In this document: piece after piece, positions 31,948-41,928 of the stretch | Layout: the number at the start of each line of letters is the position of its first letter | How positions within the stretch are numbered: the stretch's first letter is position 1 | NCBI GenBank assembly: GCA_963665115.1 | Contig: OY762007.1 | Coordinates: forward strand, 2,944,001 to 3,008,000 | From: an uncultured Rivularia sp. | GTDB lineage: Bacteria; Cyanobacteriota; Cyanobacteriia; Cyanobacteriales; Nostocaceae | Reading direction: 5' to 3' | DNA length: 64,000 nt | The notes under the pieces: generated by a model | Databases searched by the model: none | Seen by the model: the letters and a program-made list of their open reading frames with translations, nothing else | What the model was told of the DNA's origin: nothing | Position numbers and translations under genes: made by a program

Positions 31948-32202
31948 ATAGTAATTAATGGATTTTATAAAGGAAGGAAGTTGGTTTTGATTCTACAGTA
32001 AAGAATCCATTTGTCTACATATCCGCGATACATATACTCAGTTATCAGCCAACAGTAACCAGTATTCGCACGTTTGCCCCCAAAGGTGTTCCCGTATGAT
32101 AGGGTATGAATCGTCAGTTACAAATTTTTCATGTTTATTTAAGAGAGATTATTATCTTGACAAAAGTAAATAATTAAGTAAAAATTGAGAATTGTCAATA
32201 AA

Positions 32203-32286
32203 GCGGAACTGGCGGAATTGGTAGACGCGCTAGATTCAGGTTCTAGTGCCCCACAAGGCTTCCGGGTTCGAGTCCCGGGTTCCGCA
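32203..32286 (+). tRNA. trnL: tRNA-Leu(CAG)
   Basis: GCGGAAC/GTTCCGC acceptor stem, CTAGA-TT-CAG-GT-TCTAG anticodon arm and GTTCGAG. TTGACA lies upstream at 32157. Confidence 0.95.
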
Positions 32287-32399
32287 TTGCTCTAAAGTGT
32301 GGCTAGTTGGAAATCAAGTATTCTCCATTTAAACGAGTCTCGGACAGTTTTTATAACATCGGAAATCATAACAGAACGCAGCCGGGAAAATTTAAAATC

Positions 32400-33200
32400 G
32401 TGCTGACTAGTTTACAAAATCCTTTGATAAAACAAATTCGCAAGCTCCACTCTAACAAAGAGAGGCACAAACAGGAATTGTTTTTATTGGAAGGAACGCA
32501 TTTATTAGAAGAAGCTTGTGCTACGAATTATCCCTTGGATAGTTTATGTTGTACTTCGCAGTGGCAAGCAGGGCATGAAGAACTTTGGCAGCTAGCTGTG
32601 TCCAAGTGCGATCGCGCTCTTGTTGTCAGTGAAGATGCGATCAAGGCGCTAGCTACGACGGTGCAACCAGATGGTGTAGTGGCGACGGCTAAGCGCGGGT
32701 ATCATACTGCTGAATTACCGTTTAGCGGCTTGCAGATAGCTTTAGAAACCGTGCAAGATCCTGGCAATCTAGGAACTATAATCCGTACTGCTGCTGCTGC
32801 CTCTGCATCGGGTTTGTGGTTGAGTAAAAATAGTGTAGATTTAGACAATCCGAAGGTTTTACGTGCCAGCGCTGGACAATGGTTTCGTTTACCGATGCAG
32901 GTAAGTGAGGATTTACAAGCGACGGTAATCGAGGCAAAACAAGCGGGTATGCAAGTAATTGCAACTTTACCGGGTGCAAATCTGACTTATTGGCAGATAG
33001 ATTGGCGAAAACCAAGTTTAATTTTATTGGGTAATGAAGGCGCTGGTTTATCGACTGAGTTAGCACAAATGGCAGATATTAACGCAAAAATTCCGCTTCA
33101 ACCTGGGGTAGAGTCATTGAATGTAGCTATTACGGCCGCTTTGATACTATATGAAGCGCAACGTCAGAAAAGTCATAACAATTCAAAAGATGGTCATTGA
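32400..33200 (+). CDS. TrmH/SpoU family RNA methyltransferase
   Basis: QDPGNLGTIIRT, GNEGAG and ESLNVA. Likely GTG start at 32400. Confidence 0.92.
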   Translation: MLTSLQNPLIKQIRKLHSNKERHKQELFLLEGTHLLEEACATNYPLDSLCCTSQWQAGHEELWQLAVSKCDRALVVSEDAIKALATTVQPDGVVATAKRGYHTAELPFSGLQIALETVQDPGNLGTIIRTAAAASASGLWLSKNSVDLDNPKVLRASAGQWFRLPMQVSEDLQATVIEAKQAGMQVIATLPGANLTYWQIDWRKPSLILLGNEGAGLSTELAQMADINAKIPLQPGVESLNVAITAALILYEAQRQKSHNNSKDGH

Positions 33201-33216
33201 TTGTAGCTTTTGTAAC

Positions 33217-33504
33217 TTAATTATCTTTATTTTTATTTTCAAAATATTGCTCAATATCCGCTACCGCATCTTCCCACTCAGCTAAGTCAAATTTCGGTGA
33301 TTCTTCTGCTGCTGCCTTTAGTTGCGTATTCGCAATTTCTAATTCTTTTTCTAGTTCTTTTAATTCTTTTTCTAATTCTTTTTCTAGTTCTTTTACAGGT
33401 TGTTCTTCAGTTTGATTTTTTTCTAACAGATTTTGCAATTGATCGAGGGATTTTTGAAAATCTTTTGCTGCACTGTTACGTTGTCCTTCTTCGTTATGCT
33501 CCAT
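33217..33504 (-). CDS. Small acidic coiled-coil hypothetical protein with KELE repeats
   Basis: F..SL.QL N-terminus, WEDAVADIEQY C-terminus and internal KELEKELEKELKELEKELE. Confidence 0.7.
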   Translation of the reverse strand: MEHNEEGQRNSAAKDFQKSLDQLQNLLEKNQTEEQPVKELEKELEKELKELEKELEIANTQLKAAAEESPKFDLAEWEDAVADIEQYFENKNKDN

Positions 33505-33761
33505 AATATCTCGTTTTGTTTTAATCCCTTGTATTTATAAAGCGTAATTATACCTCAAGTATAAAACTATAGTAGGCAGACACACTTATTATACACTGTT
33601 ATTTCGGTGGGTATTAATGCTTTCCGGACAAAGATTCAAATAATCAGCTCTACTTTTTCAAAAAACCGGCTTTCTCAATATCTTGAATTTTTACTATCAA
33701 TAAAAGAGATAGATAGTTGTAATTTTAAAAATCAAAAGGCTTAATTGCCTCCATCAGCTAA

Positions 33762-33981
33762 GGTAATAGTGAAACTTTGTTGTTTACCCGTAGCGACTGA
33801 AGCAGGTTAATAAATTGCGTGATAAAGGATAATCGCAGACATCATCATTCACCGGATTTGCTACGGGATAGATTGGATTCCAGATGATTTCGGCGTAATA
33901 GTCAGCTAAACCGACATGAAGGCAAGATATGTGTGAATTAATACAGTAATCTTTCACGGTTTGGCGACTGGCACTATTATC
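33762..33981 (+). ncRNA. Candidate structured RNA (unassigned)
   Basis: Nested complementary stems whose mismatches are G-U on the + strand; see findings. Confidence 0.4.
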
Positions 33982-34341
33982 AAAGGTATGAATAACAAGA
34001 GCGCTATCTGTTAATAACTGTTACTAAATAATAAAGCTTCCTTGATATAAGAGCGTGAATTACATAATTTATCTGGGTATTTACTGATGAACTTTCTAGA
34101 TTGGAGCTTGCTTGAATATACTTTTTAGAGAGAATTAAGTAAAAACATTGACCTTAAAACAAATTCGAGGTGTATTATAAGTAGTTTTTAAGCAGTTTTT
34201 TCGATGCTTGACAAGACGTATTACCACTGAAGCTAATTGTATTTTTTAACGCCTATAACTTGAGTATAGCGCTGTTACCCAAATCGTAATTGATTCAGTA
34301 ATAACGCTTCGATTTTATTTTTTTGTGAAGGGAGACTAATA

Positions 34342-34860
34342 ATGAATCGTTTTGCTTTGAAATCTTCTAAATGGATTTTGTCTGCTGCTTTAGTTTGCTC
34401 GATTGTAGGTGTAGCGAGTTCCGCTCAAGCTCTGGTATTAAAAAGAGGTTCCAGAGGTACTAACGTAGTGGTTGTGCAAAATACTCTGAAATCACAAGGT
34501 TTCATGTCCAGCAACGTTAACTCTACCGGATATTACGGTACTATTACTCGAAGTGCTGTAATGAATTTTCAACGCGCTCGTGGTTTACGAATAGATGGTG
34601 TAGTTGGGCCTCGAACTCTGAGTGCTATGGGATTATCAGGTACGGGTGGTTCTTACGATTCTACTCCTACTATGACTAATGGAGTTGTAAGAGTTGGTAG
34701 TTATCTGAATGTACGTTCTGGCCCTAGCACTGGTTACGGAGTTAGAAGTACATTAGCTTCTGGACAAGGAGTTAATCTCTACGAGCAGAGAGGCAATTGG
34801 TACAGAATTTCCAGTGGAAATGATTGGGTACACTCTGCATATATTCAAATAACAAATTAA
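34342..34860 (+). CDS. Secreted peptidoglycan-binding (PG_binding_1) + SH3b protein
   Basis: Signal peptide, LKRGSRG..V..Q...GYYG..T..AV..FQ...GL..DGVVGPRT and LNVRSGPST. GGGAG RBS. Confidence 0.9.
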   Translation: MNRFALKSSKWILSAALVCSIVGVASSAQALVLKRGSRGTNVVVVQNTLKSQGFMSSNVNSTGYYGTITRSAVMNFQRARGLRIDGVVGPRTLSAMGLSGTGGSYDSTPTMTNGVVRVGSYLNVRSGPSTGYGVRSTLASGQGVNLYEQRGNWYRISSGNDWVHSAYIQITN

Positions 34861-34934
34861 AAATAAAACTTTTCAAATTCTGCATATAAATTTGTTATCT
34901 TTTTGAAAAATCAATTTAAGGGATTTTTACTATT

Positions 34935-34960
34935 AGCCTGGGGTTTTGACTCCAGGTTTT
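34935..34960 (+). terminator. Intrinsic terminator
   Basis: cctggggt-tttg-actccagg followed by tttt. Confidence 0.65.
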
Positions 34961-35739
34961 ATAGTGTTGGTGAGATTAGGGAATGGGTAATTGGTAATTG
35001 GTAATTGGTAATTATTAACCTCCTTGTAGGAGGGTAGATTTTATACAAATTCAAGGGGAGCATCCCAATTTTTGAAAAATAATCGTAGTGCGTTAGCGTA
35101 GCGTGTCCGCCAGGACAAGCATCTTGCTCGCTATATGTATCAACCGCCTGCGCGGGTTGTTTAAAATATCTGTCATTCGATTTTGGATTTTATATTTACT
35201 CTAACAGGATTGTCCTTTTTTTTGAAAAAAGAGACAAAGATTGGTATTAAATAATTAAATTAGTTAAATGAATATAGATATATTTTGAACGAATAAGATG
35301 TCTGTTACACAAGAGTTTTTCGTATAATTATAATTAATTTAAATCTATATCTGTTTAATGATAAATACGTATTTTTTTATTCTCAGCAGTAGCTTTTAGT
35401 TTATATTTCTTAACTGAATATCAGCATTAAGATTTCTTGCGAAACAGGGCAATTAAAGAGTGCTAATGATTACCTGTGGGAAAATACAAGTAGATGATTA
35501 AAAAACTTTTTTCTAGGAACATTTTTGTTCGGTGCTTGTAACAGCGGGTGCTGTATATCGATTCGCTTTTAAAGCGTATAAGGCAATCTGATGTCTAGTT
35601 TGGATAAATTATCGTAGTTACGATATCTCTCGAAAGCTGTTTTTAAAGCATTCGGATGGAAGAATTTGCAATATTCTAAATATGGTAACTATGAGAGTTT
35701 AAAGGAACTAGATATAACTAAAAATCGGAGGATATAAAA

Positions 35740-35877
35740 ATGGCAATTCGCAATGATTTAAAAAACGGTTTGTGGCGAAAATTGCAAAATGATTCTGTTA
35801 GTTGGGGAATGTTAGCGCTTTGGATATGTAGTTTAGTCGTATTGTTAACGATGATGACTATGTACTCTGGCACTTAA
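35740..35877 (+). CDS. Unannotated 45-aa single-TM microprotein
   Basis: GGAGG RBS at 35727-35731. Translation is MAIRNDLKNGLWRKLQNDSVSWGMLALWICSLVVLLTMMTMYSGT, followed by a palindrome. Confidence 0.5.
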   Translation: MAIRNDLKNGLWRKLQNDSVSWGMLALWICSLVVLLTMMTMYSGT

Positions 35878-35886
35878 CATAATTCA

Positions 35887-35913
35887 AGAGACGTAGCACT
35901 GCTACGTCTCTAC
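35887..35913. repeat. REP-like palindrome agacgtagcaNtgctacgtct (second copy at ~40840-40864)
   Basis: Near-perfect palindrome present twice in the window. Confidence 0.75.
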
Positions 35914-35918
35914 GTTTA

Positions 35919-36695
35919 TCAAGCAATTACTAATACGTCGGCTTCTTTTTCCGATGATTTATCATCTTCCGCCAAAGAAGGTGTATTATCTGTACCCTGC
36001 AACTTGTTCGTGACATATGTTGTTATGGCATTCACTTTGCGCGATCGCCATTCATCAACAAGTTGCTGCACTTGAGTTGCACTCATTCGTCGGTGCATTG
36101 CTTCATACAGATATGCTGCATGAGTTGTTTCGTCTTCAGCAATGTTGAGCATTCCTAATTTAAGGTTACGGGCTTTGGCATCATTTTCTGGCAAAGCTTT
36201 CGCCATGCGAGCAAAATCTTTACTTGCATCCAACTCTAATATGTAAGTGCTAGCCATAAATACATTCCAGTCAATGCACTCTGCTTTTAACTGTTCCCCT
36301 TCGTAGCCTTCATAATAGGTGCTAAAAAAGGAACTACCACGTTGTTTTGATTTCTTTTCACCCGTATTGCTTTCGCTCTTATTTTCGCTTTTATCCGATG
36401 ACTGAGTTTTGAAGTCTCGAACTTTTTTATCAAGCTGCTTGAGTGCGTGAGCAAAAATTTGCCCGTGTCTCTTCTCGTCTTCTGCGTGCTTGGCTAATTT
36501 TTCTGCAAGCCACGTATCACCTTCTTGAGCAGCACGTTGACTAAGATTAGTTAAAAAAGGAACCGAGCCAGATTCGGCTAATTGAAATCCTGCTAAAAGA
36601 TTTGGACGGGTTTTAATATCGCGGATTTGCAGAGCGCTAAAATAAGCACTTGCACCAGAACCCGCTAAATGCATGATATAGGTAAGAAGATTCAT
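35919..36695 (-). CDS. Ferritin-like domain protein
   Basis: Di-iron type motifs LAE, DEKRH, ILE and DETTH. Confidence 0.8.
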   Translation of the reverse strand: MNLLTYIMHLAGSGASAYFSALQIRDIKTRPNLLAGFQLAESGSVPFLTNLSQRAAQEGDTWLAEKLAKHAEDEKRHGQIFAHALKQLDKKVRDFKTQSSDKSENKSESNTGEKKSKQRGSSFFSTYYEGYEGEQLKAECIDWNVFMASTYILELDASKDFARMAKALPENDAKARNLKLGMLNIAEDETTHAAYLYEAMHRRMSATQVQQLVDEWRSRKVNAITTYVTNKLQGTDNTPSLAEDDKSSEKEADVLVIA

Positions 36696-36699
36696 AATT

Positions 36700-36845
36700 T
36701 GTTGTTAGTTGTTAGTTGTGAGGCAGTGCGTTGTGCGGGTTCCCAAGCTACTTGCGTGCGGAGGTTCCCTCCGTTGAGCAAAGTAGCGCCGCATTGTAGC
36801 AACTGCCGTTAGCGGAGCGTCTCCCGGAGGGTTAGTTGTTAGGTT
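36700..36845. repeat. Nested short dispersed repeats within a heptamer (gttgtta) array
   Basis: GC-rich modules (gcggaggttccctccg, gttagcggagcgt) flanked by gttgttagtt repeats. Confidence 0.6.
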
Positions 36846-36847
36846 CA

Positions 36848-37195
36848 TCAATTATCGGCATTTTCTAATTGAGAAACTCGCTTTTGCAATTCCTTGATAT
36901 CCTGTTTTGATTCAATTACCAAAGTCGCGAGTCTATCAAACATTTTGTCACGTTCTCTTTGCGATAATCTTCTTGGACGCTGGGATGGTGGAGAGTTGTT
37001 TGGTATCTTTGGTTGGGAAGCACCTACTCGATTCAACTGTGTTTCTATACGGTTTACTTGGGATTCTAAACGATAAAAATCAGATTCTAAATTATTAAGA
37101 CGAGATTCTAACAAGCTAGAATAAGCCGCATCAGAAAGCAAACCACCCCAGATAAGAATGAGTAAAAGTATTGTGAGTAATAACTTTTTAAACAT
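36848..37195 (-). CDS. Secreted/membrane-anchored coiled-coil hypothetical protein
   Basis: Hydrophobic N-terminus, coiled coil and MFDRLATLVIE. Confidence 0.75.
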   Translation of the reverse strand: MFKKLLLTILLLILIWGGLLSDAAYSSLLESRLNNLESDFYRLESQVNRIETQLNRVGASQPKIPNNSPPSQRPRRLSQRERDKMFDRLATLVIESKQDIKELQKRVSQLENADN

Positions 37196-37306
37196 GGAAA
37201 TTGGGGATGGGGAGAAGTTAAGAGCTAGGAGTTAGGAGGTAAGAGTTAGGAGTTATTAAGTTTGAACCTTTACCTTTGAGCTTGATAATTGATAATTGAT
37301 AACTGT

Positions 37307-38770
37307 TCACCGATCGCTACTCACTGTTTTAAAAAGTTTTTCCCAATCTATATAATTAGCGTTATTTTCTCCTTCTTTAACTTCAAAGGTGACATTACAA
37401 GCTAATGGTTGCTGTAGGGATTGTACGCAAAGTTTTGCAATGTCTTCGCGGCTAATTTTTCCTCTAATGTTATCACCTTGCTCAAGAATTAATTCTTTAC
37501 CGCCTGCTTCTTCTGTTAAAGCACATGGTCTAATTATAGTGTAAGTAATTCCACTTTGTGTTAAACTATCTTCTCCTTTTAATTTCCAGGTGAGAATGCC
37601 TCCAAGTTGATCGTTTAATATGACTGCTGGTGGTTCTTCTTCTAAGTTTATACCAGGTCTTCCCGGACGAGTTACTCCTGCCGAACTAACTAAAACAAAT
37701 TGAGGTAAGTTTCTTCCTCCGTAAGCTTTGATTGTTTCGACTTCTAAGCTAAAGCCACCTGCTGAAAAGTTCGGATTTAATCCTCCGTCGTATTCAAATT
37801 TGCTCAACATTAATTGAAAAGAACAAATTTTGTTAGATTCAATTCTTGGAGCATCATTTACAGTTTTGGCACGAAAAACTGGTATTAATTCTGCAAACGG
37901 AACCTTTACATTTATCCAAGTATCTGCTTCGGTATCAAAGGAATAACAATAGCCGACACCATCCCAATTTGTTTCTGTACGCAAGATGAATTTATAGCGT
38001 TTTCCGTCACCCTTAACGCGAATTTCAACGCCTTCGTAACCAGACAAGTTAAAGGAAGGATCGAAGTTTTTAGTTCTAACAGAAGCGAATCCACCGGAGT
38101 TTTCAGTAGAAACGTTTCCGGAAAATAAAGCTGTACCCGAAGATAATTTGATATTACTTTGACTGACACCACCCATAACTACATCATCTACCGCACCCCA
38201 TACGTTTTTTACATCTACGGATGGATTATTAAAGTCAAATAGTATTTTTTCGTTTGATGCGGGTAAGTGTTTTTTAGCTGCTTCTACTAAGTTTTTTACT
38301 CCTTTATATTCTACATTTTCTGGAGTATCGCCAACAACTTCGGGCATATAAAATTTAACCCCTTGATTGTATTTTGCTCTATCGGGAGTATCTCCTTCAA
38401 CTGGCTGTACTCGCACCGCAGTACAGCAAATAACAGCTTGAATGTTCGCCATCAATAGGGAATTTAAAGTTTCTGGTTTGGTAATATCTGCAACTATTAA
38501 ATCTGCTTTATCGTCAAGAATCGATCTAGCTTTATCGATATCGCGCACCAAACATCTAACTTTATAGCCCTTATCAATAAGTCGTTGTACCACTCGTTTC
38601 CCAACACCACCCGTTGCACCTGCGACTAATACTATACCCACTGTTTTTGCTCCAATTAATTTATCTGGATTATCCTTTAAGTCATCTTTGAAAAAATCCT
38701 GTACCCAGTTAAGTAATGGGATTACTTCAAAGAAGGTAAGAGTTTTTACTAATCTATTTAAATCCCACAT
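37307..38770 (-). CDS. NAD(P)-binding protein with CIA30 domain
   Basis: GATGGVG, DDVVMGGVS, GGFASVR and IIRPCAL. Confidence 0.9.
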   Translation of the reverse strand: MWDLNRLVKTLTFFEVIPLLNWVQDFFKDDLKDNPDKLIGAKTVGIVLVAGATGGVGKRVVQRLIDKGYKVRCLVRDIDKARSILDDKADLIVADITKPETLNSLLMANIQAVICCTAVRVQPVEGDTPDRAKYNQGVKFYMPEVVGDTPENVEYKGVKNLVEAAKKHLPASNEKILFDFNNPSVDVKNVWGAVDDVVMGGVSQSNIKLSSGTALFSGNVSTENSGGFASVRTKNFDPSFNLSGYEGVEIRVKGDGKRYKFILRTETNWDGVGYCYSFDTEADTWINVKVPFAELIPVFRAKTVNDAPRIESNKICSFQLMLSKFEYDGGLNPNFSAGGFSLEVETIKAYGGRNLPQFVLVSSAGVTRPGRPGINLEEEPPAVILNDQLGGILTWKLKGEDSLTQSGITYTIIRPCALTEEAGGKELILEQGDNIRGKISREDIAKLCVQSLQQPLACNVTFEVKEGENNANYIDWEKLFKTVSSDR

Positions 38771-38849
38771 TTTTTAGTTATCAGTAAACAGTTATCAGTT
38801 AAAAATATTTTACTTAATGACTATCGTTTTTATATAATTAAAAAATCAT

Positions 38850-39230
38850 TTACCTCAACAATCTAAAATATAAAATAAATATACAAGACTCACGCCCAGT
38901 AGAATAATCCGGCATTGCAGTCTTAAATAAAAACAATCCTCCCGCACCAATGAAGGGTATGTATCTAACTACAGATAGAGTTTTGTCAAGTAAAGCTGGT
39001 GGTGTTGACGAAATTTGTCCAACGGCTTTGTTATTACTTAATGATATAACTGTTTGCATCGGCTGCAAATTCTGTTACACAGGCGAAACTGACTCGTAGC
39101 GATCGCGTACCATTTTCTGCAAAATTGCTGCGAGTGCAGGAGATATTTGGGCTTGATATTGCCAAATAATTTCACCAGTTTGCCCATCTTCGGGAAACTG
39201 ACTTGGTAATAAGCCAGTTGATGCCTGAAT
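38850..39230 (-). pseudogene. Remnant of a Ser/Thr protein kinase (C-lobe fragment)
   Basis: Translates IQASTGLLPSQFPEDGQTGEIIWQYQAQISPALAAILQKMVRDRYES, then an in-frame TAA at 39077-39075. No N-lobe is present. Confidence 0.65.
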
Positions 39231-39430
39231 CCTGGGTATTTGTTCGTGATTTCCTAATTGTTCGAGAATTTCGGCTTCGCTGTGAAATAAACGTCTCGCG
39301 GTTCAAGGTAAATAGAAGTATTTTTTTTATTAATAGTTGTTCAGTACATTTTATGCATAAGTAGGTTGGCACTAATAAATCTAGCTATGTGTTTGAATAA
39401 AATTAAATTACATCCAATTTATTAATTTTA

Positions 39431-40099
39431 TTAATCTTTAGGAGTTTTAGCTGTAATTCCTTTTTCATATTTGAACGTGTATACTCCGGGAGAACGCAGC
39501 ACCTTAAACCATAAACCGGATTTAGAACCCAGAGATAAAGCTTTGGTAACGCTTACCCTAGCAGTATCGCGTTGCTTTTTTGTCAAAGTTTCGGCATATA
39601 AATCGCTAACAATATCATGAATATGAAAATGAAAATTAGGTTTGCGGCGCATTAAGATCAGAATAGCATTTCTGATTGAATATCCTTGGTATTGAACTGA
39701 CATTTGCAAGAGTTTGGATTGCCTTCCTTTTGTTTTCGGGATATCGGAAATATCAATTTCTTCTTGCTGCGGTTGTGAATCGTTGTAATTATCAACTCCA
39801 TCGAACTTTTCTTCATCTAAATCAACATCTGAGTTAGGTTTATCCTCAATCTTTTCATCAACAGATAAGATATTAATATCTCGTCTATCTTCTTCTAAAT
39901 ATGCCAGGGTTCGAGATTGAGGAAACTGTTGATAAAAATTATGATGTTGTTTTTCTTCAATGTAACCCGATATTAAGTTATCTATAGCAGTAACTTGAGT
40001 GCGAATAGATTCTAAACGACGTTCCAAACGTGCAGCTTCTAATATATAGCGTTCTCTTTCGGCTTCGAGCAAATTCAACATTTCGTGAAATTCAGTCAT
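39431..40099 (-). CDS. Hypothetical protein: N-terminal coiled coil, acidic linker, possible winged-helix C-terminus
   Basis: 222-aa ORF with a basic helical C-terminal region ending W...PGVY. Confidence 0.6.
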   Translation of the reverse strand: MTEFHEMLNLLEAERERYILEAARLERRLESIRTQVTAIDNLISGYIEEKQHHNFYQQFPQSRTLAYLEEDRRDINILSVDEKIEDKPNSDVDLDEEKFDGVDNYNDSQPQQEEIDISDIPKTKGRQSKLLQMSVQYQGYSIRNAILILMRRKPNFHFHIHDIVSDLYAETLTKKQRDTARVSVTKALSLGSKSGLWFKVLRSPGVYTFKYEKGITAKTPKD

Positions 40100-40292
40100 A
40101 ATAATTTGGAGTATTGGTTATAGAATGAAGCTATATATTCAAAAGTACAATTATACATAGATTTATAAAACAGGCATACAATAAAGTTTTTACCATCGAA
40201 ATTTTCCAAGTTATTCTTAATTTTTAGGCAACTCGGTCACTACCTGGATACCTCAGATTAAAACTATTCTTAGAGCATAGCAAGTTTGGATT

Positions 40293-40784
40293 ATGAATCA
40301 ATTAGAAAAAGCTACGGTAGAATATCAGAAATTCACCCAAGAATTCCAAAGTATCATTATCAGCACCGTAAATGAAGAGGGAATGCCCAATGGGAGTTAC
40401 ACTCCCTTCATAATGGACGAATCTAAAAATATTTATATCTATGTCAGCGGGCTTTCAACACACACGCAAAATCTAAACATCAACCCCCGCGCAAGTGTTT
40501 TGTTGATTGAAGATGAAGCTCAAACCCCACAAATATTTGCCCGTCGCAGATTAAATTATGATTGTACGGCAACTTTGATAGAGCGCGAAACCGATCTATG
40601 GAAAAATATTGTAGATAAATTTGCAGTCCGTTTCGGCGAAATAATTGAAATGTTGCGCGGTTTAGCTGATTTTCGTATTTTTAAACTGACTCCCTACAGC
40701 GGTCGTTTTGTAATTGGATTCGGGCAAGCATATCATATTAGCGGCGACAATCTAGACAAACTCGTGCATATCGGTAAACAGTGA
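40293..40784 (+). CDS. HugZ/pyridoxamine 5'-phosphate oxidase-like (heme utilisation family) protein
   Basis: SYTPF, S.LS.HT.N, FARRRL and GRFVIGFGQAY. Confidence 0.85.
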   Translation: MNQLEKATVEYQKFTQEFQSIIISTVNEEGMPNGSYTPFIMDESKNIYIYVSGLSTHTQNLNINPRASVLLIEDEAQTPQIFARRRLNYDCTATLIERETDLWKNIVDKFAVRFGEIIEMLRGLADFRIFKLTPYSGRFVIGFGQAYHISGDNLDKLVHIGKQ

Positions 40785-40896
40785 ACAGTTATCAATTATC
40801 AATTATCAATTATCAAAGGTTTAAAACTCCTAACTGTACAGACGTAGCAGTGCTACGTCTCTACACTCCTAACTCCTAACTTCTCCTTGTCTCCTC

Positions 40897-41788
40897 ATGC
40901 TTCAATTTCAACCTCCCGGCTTTGGGCATAAAATTATTCAAACATCCCTTGGAGCAATGGTTTACTATACCCAAACTGCTGCACCTTGGGATATTGCTGA
41001 AACTAAGAAGTTACCACAAGTAGTTTTTCTACATAACTTTGGTGGTGGTGCTTCTGCTTATGAATTCTCGAAGGTGTATTCTGCTTTCGCTGCAACTCAC
41101 TGCATTTTTGCCCCAGATTTAATTGGTTGGGGTGAATCTTTTCATCCGGTGCGGGATTATCAAGTGAACGATTACATCACCACTATTGCAGAATTTATTA
41201 AACAAACTTGTCGAGAGCCTGTAACGGTTGTAGCGTCTTCTCTTACTGCTGCTTTGACTATTCGCTTAGCTATTCAACAACCTGACTTATTTAAATCATT
41301 ATTTCTTTCTTGTCCCTTCTGGATTTGATGATTTTGGACAAGGTAGCGGACGTAGACTTCCTTTAGAGGTTATAAATACGCCGTTATTAGATAATTTAAT
41401 TTATAAATTGGGTGCGGAAAATGAAATTGCAGTCAGAAATTTTTTACAGAATTTTCTGTTTGCAAAACCTACACGAATATCGGAAGAAATTGTACAAGCT
41501 TATTTAGCTTCCGCTCAGCAACCCAACGCTATATTTGCAGCTTTAGCATTTTTACGCGGCGATTTGTATTTCGATCTTAGTCTATATATTAAACAACTTA
41601 CAGTACCTACAGCCATACTGTGGGGTGAAAAAGCACAATTCATTAACGTTAAGTTAGGAAAACGTTTGGCAGATTTGAATCAAAATGCAATTCGTCATTT
41701 TCATATCATCCCCGATACAGGTGTCTTACCACATCTCGAAACACCTGAAATTGCGATCGCGTTGTTACAGCGGCATTTAGCTGTTTAA
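40897..41788 (+). CDS. Alpha/beta hydrolase; +1 frameshift at ~41314-41316
   Basis: FLHNFGGGAS, PDLIGWGES, ASSL and GVLPHLE. Removing one C gives CPSGFDDFG and joins both ORFs. Confidence 0.85.
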
Positions 41789-41928
41789 GGAATTGGAAAT
41801 AATTATAGTTATTTACGAAAACTGCTAACTGATAACTGTTCGCTGATAATTGTTGAAATATTGTCCAGATTGGGAATAATAGAAGATAAGACTAGAGAAG
41901 CAGCAAGTATCAAGCTGATTCGGAATAG

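Noticed and set aside
33600..34341. c-di-AMP (ydaO) riboswitch upstream of the PG-binding gene
   Set aside because: The context is plausible, but I could not find the characteristic GCTGAA / GGGGGA-type conserved motifs.
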